Positions 19,434 through 29,837 are shown, numbered from the stretch's first letter. The stretch is 64,000 nucleotides of DNA from an uncultured Rickettsiaceae bacterium (GCA_905479865.1 CAJQOD010000006.1:7578-71577), one strand, 5' to 3'. A program made the numbers and translations. The notes: a model not told the origin generated them from the letters alone.

Positions 19434-20353
19434 TGAATATTACTCCAGACTATTTAATTGAAAGAAAAAGGACTAAGTGGCAATTAACAAAATGGAAAAT
19501 TTTCGCTTTGGTACTCATCATACTCGTCTTTTTTATAGCAAGTAATAATTTGTCTCCTACTAACCGCATTACTGGCAGTGCATTCCCCGTGGGAGATCAC
19601 ATAGCGAGTGTAAGGATTAATGATATTATTTTTGATGATTTTAAACGCGTTAGAAAACTTGCAGAGATAGAAAAAGATAACAAGGTTAAAGCTTTAATTG
19701 TGAATATTAATTCACAGGGTGGTAGTGTTGTAGGGTCTGAGATGCTATATAATTCCTTGCGTAAAATATCAGAATCAAAACCTGTTGTAGTGGTGATGGA
19801 ATCAGTGGCAGCTTCCGGCGGTTACCTGGCCTCTCTTGGCGGCGATTATATAATAGCGCATAATGGTACAATCACCGGCTCTATAGGGGTCATTATGCAA
19901 TCTGCAGAAATAACAGAACTAGCCGAAATAATAGGGGTAAAATTCAATAATTTTAAATCTGATGAATTAAAAGCTTCACCAAATCCAACTGAAAAACTCA
20001 CACCTGAGGCACGTCAGGCAACCATGGATAGTATTTATGAGGTTTATGATTACTTTATAGAAATTGTTGCAACCAGAAGAAATTTAGACTTGGAATATGT
20101 TAAGAAGCTTGCAGATGGCCGTATTTATTCTGGTCGTCAGGCTCTTGATTTAAAACTGATTGATGCCATTGGTAATGAAGATACCGCACTGAAATGGCTA
20201 CAGGAGCAAAAGGGAATTTCTAAAGATTTGAATGTAGTGGATGTAAAATTGAGTCGAAAAGATAAGTTGATTGATATTTTAATGGAAGATTTTCAGACAA
20301 GTATTTCTAATTTCTTCTCATTTAGTTTTAAAGGTCTAAAGTCCATTATTTAA
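19433..20353 (+). CDS. sppA: Signal peptide peptidase (S49)
   Basis: INS.GG, AASGGY, TGSIGV, ADGRIYSG.QA..L.LID.IG. Confidence 0.93.
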   Translation: MNITPDYLIERKRTKWQLTKWKIFALVLIILVFFIASNNLSPTNRITGSAFPVGDHIASVRINDIIFDDFKRVRKLAEIEKDNKVKALIVNINSQGGSVVGSEMLYNSLRKISESKPVVVVMESVAASGGYLASLGGDYIIAHNGTITGSIGVIMQSAEITELAEIIGVKFNNFKSDELKASPNPTEKLTPEARQATMDSIYEVYDYFIEIVATRRNLDLEYVKKLADGRIYSGRQALDLKLIDAIGNEDTALKWLQEQKGISKDLNVVDVKLSRKDKLIDILMEDFQTSISNFFSFSFKGLKSII

Positions 20354-20367
20354 ACAGGTAGTTAGCA

Positions 20368-20619
20368 ATGGCAACAACAAAAGAGTTAGTAGAAAATCTT
20401 ACAAGAAGGCTTGATTATCTTAGCCTTGAAGATGCACGGTATGCTGTGGATTGTATTTTAGACTATGTCAAAGAAGAACTTGCCAAAGGAAATAGGGTGG
20501 AAATACGAGGTTTTGGTAGTCTGTCCATTAGAAAGAGAAAATACCCTGGTAGAGATGAAGAATATAATACCATCTATTATCGCATGTCGAAGAACGTTCA
20601 AGAAAGTTTGAATCGTTAA
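20368..20619 (+). CDS. ihfB: Integration host factor beta / HU family protein
   Basis: G.RVEIRGFGSLS motif; follows sppA; short beta-arm. Confidence 0.8.
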   Translation: MATTKELVENLTRRLDYLSLEDARYAVDCILDYVKEELAKGNRVEIRGFGSLSIRKRKYPGRDEEYNTIYYRMSKNVQESLNR

Positions 20620-20687
20620 GAGTTGGTTGACCTGTTCTTAAATAGATGTGAGTTTTGGTTACGCGCACGTACAGCTTCTGTTTTATG

Positions 20688-20994
20688 GAGGTGTTGCAAG
20701 ATGAAGTTTTTTGCATCAACCTTGGGAATGCCTGCCTAAAAAGAACTTCAAGCGTACTTTCCGTCATTGCGAGGCCTCTTGAGGCCGCGGCAATCTATCG
20801 GTACCTAGCTGCGCTAAAACCCTACGGCGAAACTACTTGACATCGTAAAAGATTCAAAATCTTCTTTTAACTCTAAATGACAAATGGACTGCCCGCAATC
20901 GCTAACGCTTCCTCGCAGTGACGTTGGCATGGGTGAGGATTCAAGGACAGGTATGATCAACGAAATGCATAAAAAAACCATCTTGCAACACCCC
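20688..20994. mobile_element. RPE-1-like palindromic element (~144 bp) interrupted by a nested ~163-bp element
   Basis: 14-bp perfect terminal inverted repeat GGTGTTGCAAGATG (20690-20703) / CATCTTGCAACACC (20979-20992); internal GAAC..AGCGTAC and GTGAGGATTC words recalled from RPE-1. Confidence 0.65.
20762..20923. repeat. RPE/REP-like element with GTCATTGCGAG..GCAATC ends, copy 1
   Basis: CGTCATTGCGAGG...GCGGCAATC on the left and GGACTGCCCGC...CCTCGCAGTGACG on the right; interior homologous to 31654-31826. Confidence 0.8.
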
Positions 20995-21007
20995 TTTTAT
21001 ATTTTAT

Positions 21008-22336
21008 TTAATCTATAGATCCAGACCAATCAGGGTCAGAAGCATCGCTTGGGGTTGGTATGATGCGCTCATTATGGCCGGTAAAATCGATGCTATATAT
21101 GCGGTTCAGGCCTTTTGTTTTTTTATTCAAAGGCGGCATTCCTTTGGTGAAGACCATAACCCTGCCATTATTAGCCCATGATGGGCTTTCTACTAGATAA
21201 CCACTTGCAATTAAGCGTTCGGTATTCCTGTCTCCAGGCACTTCCGGTCGCATTACACCAATAGTAAAGCCGTAATCACGGCTAATTTTAGTAAAGGCAA
21301 GATAATTTTTATTAGAAGACCAATTTGGTTCGGCATAAGACCCACCACCGAAACTGATTCTTTTCCTATTCAACCCATTTCTATTCATAACTAAAATTTG
21401 ACGGGAACCATAGGCATCTGAGTTAAAGGCAATTTTACGGCCGTCTGGTGAATAGCTAGGAGAAGTATTAATGCTAATACCTTTTGTAAGCTGTCTGGTT
21501 CGCTTATTTTTAAGATTGATTTCATAGATATGTGTTGAGCCATCTTCAGCAATTGACATAATGGCACTTTTGCCATCAGGCGAGAATCTGGGAGCAAATG
21601 ACATGCCACGGAAGTTGCCGACAAGTTTATTTCTGCCACTGCGTAGATTTAGAATATGAACTTGTGGAATACCGTTTTTGTAGGAAAGATATAATATCTC
21701 TTTGCTATTTGGTGAAAACCTGGGGGTAAGCACTAAATCTGAGCCGTCAGTCAAATATCGATGGTTTGCTCCATCCTGATCCATAATAGCCAGGCGTTTT
21801 ATACGCTTAAGGTATGGATCGCTCTCGGAAACATAGACAATTCTGGTATTGAAATAACCCTCATAGCCGGTAATTTTTTGATATATTGCATCAGAAATTT
21901 TATGTGCAACACGTCGCCATAAAGCTTTGGGCAGTTCAAATGATTCACTAAGTATTTGACGTTCCAAAATACTATCCCAGAGTATGAATTTTACCTGTAG
22001 TTTCTTGTCTGATATAAGGATAACTTCGCCATTGACCAATAAGTTAGCATTAATTTGCTGCCATGCTGCAAAAAGCGGTGTGTGTCCCGTTCCTATTTTT
22101 TGTTCGATAAATGCAGCCGGAGAGATTGGCCTGAACACTCCTGAGGTACTGAGGTCATTGGAGATCACTTCTATAATATCTTTTGCTATTTTTAAATCAG
22201 CAGGATCAACTCCAGCGAAGTTATTAATAGCCAGCGGAATAGGGTCAGCGTGACCGCTGGTTATACGAATAGTATTATCTGCCGATACATTCAAAGAGAA
22301 TAGGTAGATAAAGATTATCAGGAAAAGGTTTTTCAT
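21008..22336 (-). CDS. tolB: Tol-Pal beta-propeller protein TolB
   Basis: Signal peptide, RRVAHKISD.IY..ITG..GYF.TRI, PD40 repeats (PRFSP). Confidence 0.96.
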   Translation of the reverse strand: MKNLFLIIFIYLFSLNVSADNTIRITSGHADPIPLAINNFAGVDPADLKIAKDIIEVISNDLSTSGVFRPISPAAFIEQKIGTGHTPLFAAWQQINANLLVNGEVILISDKKLQVKFILWDSILERQILSESFELPKALWRRVAHKISDAIYQKITGYEGYFNTRIVYVSESDPYLKRIKRLAIMDQDGANHRYLTDGSDLVLTPRFSPNSKEILYLSYKNGIPQVHILNLRSGRNKLVGNFRGMSFAPRFSPDGKSAIMSIAEDGSTHIYEINLKNKRTRQLTKGISINTSPSYSPDGRKIAFNSDAYGSRQILVMNRNGLNRKRISFGGGSYAEPNWSSNKNYLAFTKISRDYGFTIGVMRPEVPGDRNTERLIASGYLVESPSWANNGRVMVFTKGMPPLNKKTKGLNRIYSIDFTGHNERIIPTPSDASDPDWSGSID

Positions 22337-22367
22337 ATTTTTTGTATTCTAAAAATAGATTGTATTA

Positions 22368-23228
22368 TTACCAGTTGTTAGGAGAAAATTCTATCTTTAA
22401 TTTCTTCCAACTATCATAACGATTTGGTAATAAATTTTCAAGAGGGCTTGCTTGTTTGATGGCTCGTCGTGCGCTTTCTTCAACAAGTGTACAGGTTGAT
22501 CCTGAATTTGGTGGACATACTACTTTTATAACAGGGTTTTCTTCTATAGTACCATCTTCTTCAACATAAACAATCATAACCACCTTGACTGTTTCCAAAT
22601 TTTGAGCTCCGACAGGTTCACGCCAATGCTGTTTTATTTGTTGTTTGATGATCAGATTTTCCGTGATTGACAAAGGTACAGTTTCATCATAGTCCATTCC
22701 TCTGGAATATTTATCTCCAGCTTTCTGCCTGGAAGAACTTTTCGTGCTTATCTTTGCCTCGCTGCCTTCTGATTCCTGTTCCAGATTTTTCAATATTGCA
22801 TCGATGGCATCTTCATCTTTTTTGGGAATAGATTTAGGCTTCTTTTTTGGTTTTGGCGTTGGATTTTTTGCTTTTGGAGGCGTTAGTGCTTTTTCTTTTA
22901 TGACAGCCTTTTCAGGTACTTTTTTTTCTATTTCCTTCTTTGGAGGCGTTGGAGTCTCAGTTTTTGGCTCAGGCTTTGCTTCAGTTTTTGTTTTTTTTAT
23001 TAATCTTGATTTTTTAGCTTCTTTTGCCAGTCTTGCAGATTTGCTCTCATTCTTAACATTAACAATTTCACTTAATGGCAGTATCTCAAATGTTAGTGCA
23101 TCTTTTTCTTCCGGAAGCTTTTCAAAAAAGGCTGGGAAACCAAAAAAAAACACTGCAATTAGTATGAGATGCAAGAGGGTAGATAAAATTATAGCCCCTT
23201 GAAATTTTTTACTTTCTTGACTTATCAT
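22368..23228 (-). CDS. tolA: TolA/TonB-like protein
   Basis: TM with S..LH motif, Lys/Pro-rich linker, C-terminal ESA.RAI..ASP; tolQR-X-tolB order. Confidence 0.82.
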   Translation of the reverse strand: MISQESKKFQGAIILSTLLHLILIAVFFFGFPAFFEKLPEEKDALTFEILPLSEIVNVKNESKSARLAKEAKKSRLIKKTKTEAKPEPKTETPTPPKKEIEKKVPEKAVIKEKALTPPKAKNPTPKPKKKPKSIPKKDEDAIDAILKNLEQESEGSEAKISTKSSSRQKAGDKYSRGMDYDETVPLSITENLIIKQQIKQHWREPVGAQNLETVKVVMIVYVEEDGTIEENPVIKVVCPPNSGSTCTLVEESARRAIKQASPLENLLPNRYDSWKKLKIEFSPNNW

Positions 23229-23653
23229 TTATGCTTTATATCTGAAATAAGGGCAACTTTTGTAAAGCCGGCATTATGAATGTGCGCCATTGTTTCAACG
23301 ATTACTCCATAGGAAACATTCTTATCGCCTTTTACAAAAATTCTGGTATCTGTCTGTTCTTTGGTAATATCTTTTAGCTTTTGAATTAAATTATTCTGAT
23401 CAATCTTGCTGTCAAAGATAAAAATCTCTGCATTTTTATCAATGCTAATTACTAATGGCTTAAACTGCCCGGATACTGCAGCAGAATCAGTCTCAGGCAG
23501 ATCAACCTCTATGCCGGCAACCAGCATTGGTGAGGTGATCATAAAAATAATCAGTAATACCAGCATCACATCAACCATTGGGGTGACGTTGATTTCACTC
23601 ATAAGCCGCCGACGTCTTTTGAAAGAATTATGTCCTTGAATATTTATTGCCAT
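23225..23653 (-). CDS. tolR: Protein TolR
   Basis: SEINVTPMVDVMLVLLIIFMITSP, GD..V.YG. Confidence 0.95.
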   Translation of the reverse strand: MAINIQGHNSFKRRRRLMSEINVTPMVDVMLVLLIIFMITSPMLVAGIEVDLPETDSAAVSGQFKPLVISIDKNAEIFIFDSKIDQNNLIQKLKDITKEQTDTRIFVKGDKNVSYGVIVETMAHIHNAGFTKVALISDIKHK

Positions 23654-23658
23654 AATAA

Positions 23659-24390
23659 TTACATTTTTTCTTCATCAATGGCTCGGGATATCAATGAGTT
23701 AAGCTCTCCGATGAAATCATCAACCCTGTTATTGATAGTATCTATTTCAGAAGATAGGTAATTATAGAATATGGTAGCTGGAATTGCAGCAAATAGACCT
23801 ATAGCTGTTGCAAGTAAAGCTTCGGCAATACCTGGTGCAACTACTGCTAAAGTCGTGTTTTTAGAGGATGCTATTGATTGGAAGCTATGCATGATGCCCC
23901 ACACAGTGCCAAATAGACCAAGAAATGGTGCAGATGAACCAACTGTTGCTAAAAAACCAAGTTTAGTTTCCAGCTCTTCCATCTGGCGATTTCGGGATAG
24001 ATACATTGAGCCGGTAACCCTGTCTTTTTGACCAATTCTAAGGGAATCAGATTTTTTGCTATCAGTGCCTTTCCCCTTCTTACATTCCTTTATAGCACTG
24101 ACAAAAACAGCTGATAATGGATTATCGATAGATTTTTTGATCTTTTCATATAGCTCATCAAGCACTTGCCCGGACCAGAATGATTTTTCAAAAGATTTCA
24201 TTTTTTTCTTCAGTAGGGAATATTGCAACAATTTGCTGATAATAATTGCCCAGCTCCAAATAGAAGCTAAAACAAGAAGCACTATTACGGACTTACCAAT
24301 AAAGTCAGATGATAATATTAAAGAGATAATAGACAGGTCAGCAGTGCTAGCAGTGGTAACGACTTGCTGAGTGGTTTCTTGAAGTGCCAT
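23659..24390 (-). CDS. tolQ: Protein TolQ
   Basis: LATVGSSAPFLGLFGTVWGIM, VVAPGIAEAL. Confidence 0.96.
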   Translation of the reverse strand: MALQETTQQVVTTASTADLSIISLILSSDFIGKSVIVLLVLASIWSWAIIISKLLQYSLLKKKMKSFEKSFWSGQVLDELYEKIKKSIDNPLSAVFVSAIKECKKGKGTDSKKSDSLRIGQKDRVTGSMYLSRNRQMEELETKLGFLATVGSSAPFLGLFGTVWGIMHSFQSIASSKNTTLAVVAPGIAEALLATAIGLFAAIPATIFYNYLSSEIDTINNRVDDFIGELNSLISRAIDEEKM

Positions 24391-24477
24391 AAATATTAAT
24401 TTCGCTTGTGTTTAAGTGTGATTACACAGTAAATTTTCTACAGTGTATTCTTATCAGAAGCCAACATTATACTTAAG

Positions 24478-25725
24478 TTAATCGTTTTCGTAAACAAAAT
24501 CTTTTATTTCTGGAACAATGATATTTCTAAATTTGCTGCCGCTAAAAGATCCATAGTGACCAACTCCTTTTTGCAAATAATATCCTTTTTTAGTATCAGG
24601 AATATTTTTGCACAAATTTAAGGCTGCTTTAGTTTGACCTACTGCTGCAATATCGTCATTTTCACCTTCAATTCCAAGTAGGGCACATTTGGTGATTGCT
24701 GTTAAATCCACTTTTCTTCCTCTTGAAATGAATTTACCTTTTGCCAGTGAGAAATCATGGAATACTTCCTTGATTGTTTGCAGATAAAATTCAGCTGTCA
24801 AGTCCATAACAGATAGATATTCGTCGTAGAAACTCTTCTGCTTTTCGGCTTTCTCATCATCTTCGATAAGAAGATTTTTGAATAAATCAACGTGAGATGT
24901 AATATGATTTTGTAAATTCATAGCCATGAATCCTGCAAGCTGAAGGAATCCCGGATATACTCTGCGCCGATGCCCGGGGTAATTTGGTGGTACGTTTGTT
25001 ATTAGAGCTTGGTCAAACCATTCAAGATTTTTATCAATTGCAAAGTCATTTGGTTTTGTTGGATTTTTCCTGGCATCAATTGGACCACCTATCAAGATCA
25101 TGGATTTTGGTACATGCGAGTCTTTATCTGCTGACATAATAGCTGTAGCTGCTAAAACAGGTACAGTTGGTTGGCACACTGCAAGAACATGCACATTTGA
25201 CCCAAGAAATTTTATATAGTTGATTATATAATCAATAAAATCATCTAGGTCAAAGCTGCCGTTAGTAATTGGAATTTGATTTGCATCTATCCAATCTGTG
25301 ATATATACATCAAAAAATGGAAGAGTATCCTGTACTGTTCCACGCAGCAAAGTAGCGTGATGACCAGCCATAGGTGCGATAATTAGCAATTTTGGCTGTG
25401 TTTTTTTAAAATTCGGTTTAGTAAAATGTTGCAAATGACAAAAAGTATCTTTGCAAATAGTGCGCTCCTGAATTTGTTGCTCAAGACCATCTACCAAGCA
25501 CCGAGTAATACCAAACTGAGGTTTCTTGTACTTTCTTGTAATACGTTCGGCGATTTCAATACCAGCCTTCATCAATGCTGCGTAATGTGTTTTACCAAAT
25601 GGGTTATTAGAATGTTCAAACCATTGCTGCATTGCCATCAAACCGAATCTTGTAGGCGATATATTACTTCTGCTTGCTTCAATTGCTGTATAAAGATGGT
25701 TGGTATCGGGAATAAAATATTGCAT
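24478..25725 (-). CDS. phaZ: Intracellular polyhydroxyalkanoate depolymerase
   Basis: APMAGHHATLLRGTV, DVYITDW, AVCQP, RVYPGFLQLAGF, GVGHYG. Confidence 0.93.
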   Translation of the reverse strand: MQYFIPDTNHLYTAIEASRSNISPTRFGLMAMQQWFEHSNNPFGKTHYAALMKAGIEIAERITRKYKKPQFGITRCLVDGLEQQIQERTICKDTFCHLQHFTKPNFKKTQPKLLIIAPMAGHHATLLRGTVQDTLPFFDVYITDWIDANQIPITNGSFDLDDFIDYIINYIKFLGSNVHVLAVCQPTVPVLAATAIMSADKDSHVPKSMILIGGPIDARKNPTKPNDFAIDKNLEWFDQALITNVPPNYPGHRRRVYPGFLQLAGFMAMNLQNHITSHVDLFKNLLIEDDEKAEKQKSFYDEYLSVMDLTAEFYLQTIKEVFHDFSLAKGKFISRGRKVDLTAITKCALLGIEGENDDIAAVGQTKAALNLCKNIPDTKKGYYLQKGVGHYGSFSGSKFRNIIVPEIKDFVYEND

Positions 25726-25945
25726 TATTATATCTTAATTTATCTAAAAGTAACCGACCAAATAATAAGCCAATTCCTCATTCTATCATAATTATTACAT
25801 TAATGTTTACCGAATCTTATGATTTGTCTTAATTTATTAATAATTGATGTTTTTGCAAATAATTTGTTATCTAGTTTTATATTTATATCTACTGCAATAC
25901 ATGCTAATACTATAGCTCATAAAAGAATAACTTATTTTTACCGTA

Positions 25946-27292
25946 ATGAAGAAGAAAATTGTAGCGTTAGTTGGTCGCCCAAATGTCGGTAAGTCAACGC
26001 TATTTAATAGGCTGAGCATCAGAAAAAAAGCCATAGTGCATGATAAGCCTGGAGTTACCAGGGATCGTAAGTACTCTGATGCAAAAATTGGTTCAATGGA
26101 ATTCACTGTTGTTGATACTCCTGGTCTTGAGGAATCAGAAGAAGGGAAGCTTGAACATCGTATGATGCAACAAACAATGATTTCTATCGCAGAAGCTGAT
26201 CTTGTATGTTTGATCATTGATAATGAGGCAGGAATTACACCGGCTGATAAATTCTTCGCCGAGTTTGTTCGTAAATATAGTAAAAATCATATACTTATAG
26301 CAAATAAATCAGAAAAACGATTCAACCATGACAAGGAATATTATCGTATTGGTTTTGGTGTGCCGGTACCGATTTCTGCTGAGCATGGTCAAGGGCTTGC
26401 TGATCTTTATGATGCGATTGCCGAAAAAATTGATACTGAAGATGGCGAAGAGATATCTGATCCAATAACGGGCAACTGCGTACAAATAGTAGTAGCCGGC
26501 AGGCCTAATGTAGGTAAGTCAACATTTGTAAATGCTATTGTTGGTGATGAGAGGATGTTGACAGGGTCTGAGGCAGGTATCACACGTGAGTCGGTAGAAA
26601 TTTCCTGGAAATATAAGGGACAAAATATTAAATTAATTGATACTGCCGGGCTGAGAAAGAGAGCGAATGTAAATAAAAGTTTGGAAAAAATGTCCACAGG
26701 GGATACAATAGGGAGTATAAAATTTGCCAATACGGTTATTCTAATGCTTGATGCGACTATTGCTTTGGAACATCAGGATTTAACCATTGCCAATTACGTT
26801 ATAGATCAGGGAAGAAGCTTGGTAATTGCAGTCAATAAATGGGATTTAGTCCGTAAAAAACGTGAGTATGAAGAAGAGTTTGCCTACCGTGTGGAAACTC
26901 ACCTATCGCAGGTAAAAGGGATTCCTGTAGTGTATCTTTCATCTATAGACCAGATAAAAACTACAGAGGTTCTGGATAAATGTATAGATATCTACGAGCT
27001 ATGGAATAAAAAGATATCCACAAGTAAGCTTAATGAGTGGTTAGAATTTGTACTTGAAAAACACCCGTTGCCAATTCAGAAAAAATTAGGACGCAGGGTA
27101 CGAATCAAATATATTACCCAAACCAAGACAAGGCCACCAACATTTAAATTATTTACCAACGATCCTACCAGTATAACAGATGCTTATAAGAAATACTTGA
27201 TGAACTCTTTGCGTGATGACTTTGAAATGGCCGGGGTACCTATCAGGTTACAATTCATTAAATCTGATAATCCATATTCCAGGAAAAAATGA
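25946..27292 (+). CDS. der: Ribosome biogenesis GTPase Der
   Basis: Two GRPNVGKST G-domains and a KH-like C-terminus. Confidence 0.97.
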   Translation: MKKKIVALVGRPNVGKSTLFNRLSIRKKAIVHDKPGVTRDRKYSDAKIGSMEFTVVDTPGLEESEEGKLEHRMMQQTMISIAEADLVCLIIDNEAGITPADKFFAEFVRKYSKNHILIANKSEKRFNHDKEYYRIGFGVPVPISAEHGQGLADLYDAIAEKIDTEDGEEISDPITGNCVQIVVAGRPNVGKSTFVNAIVGDERMLTGSEAGITRESVEISWKYKGQNIKLIDTAGLRKRANVNKSLEKMSTGDTIGSIKFANTVILMLDATIALEHQDLTIANYVIDQGRSLVIAVNKWDLVRKKREYEEEFAYRVETHLSQVKGIPVVYLSSIDQIKTTEVLDKCIDIYELWNKKISTSKLNEWLEFVLEKHPLPIQKKLGRRVRIKYITQTKTRPPTFKLFTNDPTSITDAYKKYLMNSLRDDFEMAGVPIRLQFIKSDNPYSRKK

Positions 27293-27954
27293 CAAAATCA
27301 GTCTTACTAACCAGATCAGATTCAGCAAATGCGCAGCTTAAGGAGCGATTGCAACAATATGATTATGAATTGTTAGAGTGTAGTCTCATTGAATATGAGT
27401 TACAGCAGATTGATCTGTCGGAGCTTGAAAAATTCACTGATCTTGTCATAACCAGTTTTTTTGCAGCAAGCAGTCTTCCATCTGTGCCTTCTAAAGGAAT
27501 GCATGTGTGGGTAGTTGGAACAAAATCTGCAAAAATTATTGGGGAAAAAGGCTATAATATTAAATTTATTGCTCAATCTGCTGAAAGTTTGAAAAAACAA
27601 ATTCCAGAAGAAATCTATGAGAACACAATCTATTTGTCTGGTAATCATATAACAGTTAATATGCCTGCGCCAATCATGCGAAGAATTTTTTATAAAGTGA
27701 CTTACAGAGAGTCACTTTCTCAAAAGCAAATCTTACGTTATAAGCAAGGCATTAATTATATATTGATATATTCAGAAAATTGCGCAAAAACCCTGATAAA
27801 ATTATTACTGGAAAATAATTTGATGAATTATCTGGAAAATACTACCTATATTGCTATAAGCTCAAAAGTTGAAAAGGTAATAAAGCACCATTTCAGGAAT
27901 ACTCAAATATGCCAAGGCGATGATTTAATGCTAGAATATTTAGAAAAACAATGA
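27289..27954 (+). CDS. hemD: Uroporphyrinogen-III synthase
   Basis: VLLTR start, ITS, VG.K.A, YLSG, AIS motifs. Confidence 0.8.
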   Translation: MTKSVLLTRSDSANAQLKERLQQYDYELLECSLIEYELQQIDLSELEKFTDLVITSFFAASSLPSVPSKGMHVWVVGTKSAKIIGEKGYNIKFIAQSAESLKKQIPEEIYENTIYLSGNHITVNMPAPIMRRIFYKVTYRESLSQKQILRYKQGINYILIYSENCAKTLIKLLLENNLMNYLENTTYIAISSKVEKVIKHHFRNTQICQGDDLMLEYLEKQ

Positions 27955-28655
27955 CTGAACAGACAAAATCAGAAAAAAAGCAGGTTTCTCACAAGAAGAA
28001 AAGTAATTTTTTTAGAAATTCTGTTTTTATAATCACGGTGCTATTCATTGCAGGAATCTTTCTGGTTAAACAAATAAGGCCTGATTTGATTGAAAAGATT
28101 TATCCTCAGGCCGGCTCATCGGGAGATACTAACGTGAGCCAGGAATTTACTCCGGATTCTGATCTGGTTAAAGAAGCACTTCAGGAAGTTTATTCTTTTG
28201 GTCCTGAACCACCGCTTTTAAGCTTTTCTCCTGAAGAAGAGGAAAGTGAGGAAGAGGAAATGGTATCAGAGATAATAGATCCATACGAAAAAATTATAAC
28301 ATTTGAAAAGTCAAATTCTTCGCTGCTAAATACTAGGCTAAAGAGTAATCTTAATGAGTATAGGCTTTATCTTGCCAATATAAATAAGTTGATTACAAAA
28401 TTTGAGGCAGACAAGCGCTATGATTTGGAGCTACAAAAATTGAAAAAGCAAAAAATGCCTTCATATATAGAAGAAACTGTATCATTGTTAGAGTTCTACA
28501 ATAAGCAGCTGGCAAGTAATATGGCAACTGATAATGAAGTAAAACCATTTGATTCAAAAATTCTAGCCAAATTTGTAAAAATAAGAGAAAGTTTAGATGT
28601 TTTGATAGATTATATTTTTTCTTCTGATCTACAGGAGAGTTTTATCAATAGGTAG
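27951..28655 (+). CDS. Membrane-anchored hypothetical protein (possible Mic60/HemX-position protein)
   Basis: One N-terminal TM, acidic linker, helical C-terminus; overlaps the hemD stop and precedes a HemY-like gene. Confidence 0.65.
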   Translation: MTEQTKSEKKQVSHKKKSNFFRNSVFIITVLFIAGIFLVKQIRPDLIEKIYPQAGSSGDTNVSQEFTPDSDLVKEALQEVYSFGPEPPLLSFSPEEEESEEEEMVSEIIDPYEKIITFEKSNSSLLNTRLKSNLNEYRLYLANINKLITKFEADKRYDLELQKLKKQKMPSYIEETVSLLEFYNKQLASNMATDNEVKPFDSKILAKFVKIRESLDVLIDYIFSSDLQESFINR

Positions 28656-28692
28656 TGTGGTTTTGGTTATTATTTAAGCTTTAGTTAAAGAG

Positions 28693-29778
28693 ATGATTAG
28701 ATTTTTAATTTTATGTACAATATTTTTGCTGTTATACCTTGGGTTCAACGCTATTGGTGAGTATGATTCCAGCCTGCAATTTACTGTTTTTGATTATCAG
28801 ATTGAAACTACGCTGTTTGCTTTTGCGACAGTCTTCATTGCAATTCAATTAGTGCTGATGATCTGTCTGAAGCTTATCTTTGTAATTTTTGATATGCCTC
28901 AGCTATTCAAGGAGAAATGGTATAAAAGAAAGCTGTTGAAAGTTAATAAAAAGCTACTGTATATTCTCACAGAATTATTAATGGGTAATAGAAAAAAATC
29001 TATAGAGCTAACAAATAAACTGGTACCAGACCTTGACAATGAGAATAAGGAAGTAACCAATTTACTGTTAGCAGAGGCCGAAGAAGAGTTCGATAAGAAG
29101 ATTCAGTATTTGCGTAATTTAATTGATAAAAAGCATTATAGTGTTTACGCAGCAAAAAAACTTGCTGAAATTTTTTATAAAAATATGCATCATAAACAGG
29201 CCGAAGAGTGTGCATTAAAAGCGTTTAACGAAGACGATACGGACACAGAATTAATGCTTATTTTGATCCGCATATATGCATCTCTTGGATCATGGCCAAA
29301 GCTGGTGTTTATTGTCTCCAAGCTTCAAAGAGCCGATTCTAAATTGTTAGAAGAAAATGCATCCGAGATTGCTGAATTTTATTACGCTGCAGCAAAATCA
29401 TATTTACAGTCTGGTTCAGATAATGAAGCAATTAACTACCTGGAGTCAGCATTAGAGCTGCATCCTGATTATCTGGAAGCTCTAAAGCTATTTACTGAAC
29501 TTTCTACAAATAGCAAAAATACAGCTGCAATTTTGAAAATATTAAAAGCTGCTTTTTTAGCAAGACCCTGTTTTGAGATTGCTAGAATGTACGCAGCCAG
29601 TTCCAGGGGTTCTGCTGATGCAATTTATGGTACGCTTGCCGGAATTGTGGCTCCTGTAAAATACCCGGATTTATTTCTGGCTCTCGCTGCTTATCTTGAG
29701 CTGTTTGAGAAAATAGCTGAAATTAAAGAACCGAAGCTAATTTCTTATGAATCTTCTGCTAAAAATTTAGATATTTAA
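28693..29778 (+). CDS. HemY N-terminal domain / TPR membrane protein
   Basis: MIRFLIL..two TMs flanking YQIETT (HemY_N-like), followed by TPR-like helices. Confidence 0.7.
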   Translation: MIRFLILCTIFLLLYLGFNAIGEYDSSLQFTVFDYQIETTLFAFATVFIAIQLVLMICLKLIFVIFDMPQLFKEKWYKRKLLKVNKKLLYILTELLMGNRKKSIELTNKLVPDLDNENKEVTNLLLAEAEEEFDKKIQYLRNLIDKKHYSVYAAKKLAEIFYKNMHHKQAEECALKAFNEDDTDTELMLILIRIYASLGSWPKLVFIVSKLQRADSKLLEENASEIAEFYYAAAKSYLQSGSDNEAINYLESALELHPDYLEALKLFTELSTNSKNTAAILKILKAAFLARPCFEIARMYAASSRGSADAIYGTLAGIVAPVKYPDLFLALAAYLELFEKIAEIKEPKLISYESSAKNLDI

Positions 29779-29837
29779 AAAAACGGCTCAAAAGCAACTG
29801 TCATTGCAAGCCTTCATATTTATAGTTCAATATATTG

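Noticed and set aside
20655-20840. 61-aa ORF (and 20528..20767) in the ihfB-tolB spacer
   Set aside because: Both run through the palindromic repeat elements and show no protein features
22744-23202. 152-aa Phe/Ser/Gly-rich ORF that looks like a membrane protein
   Set aside because: It is the antisense of the Lys/Glu/Pro-rich TolA linker
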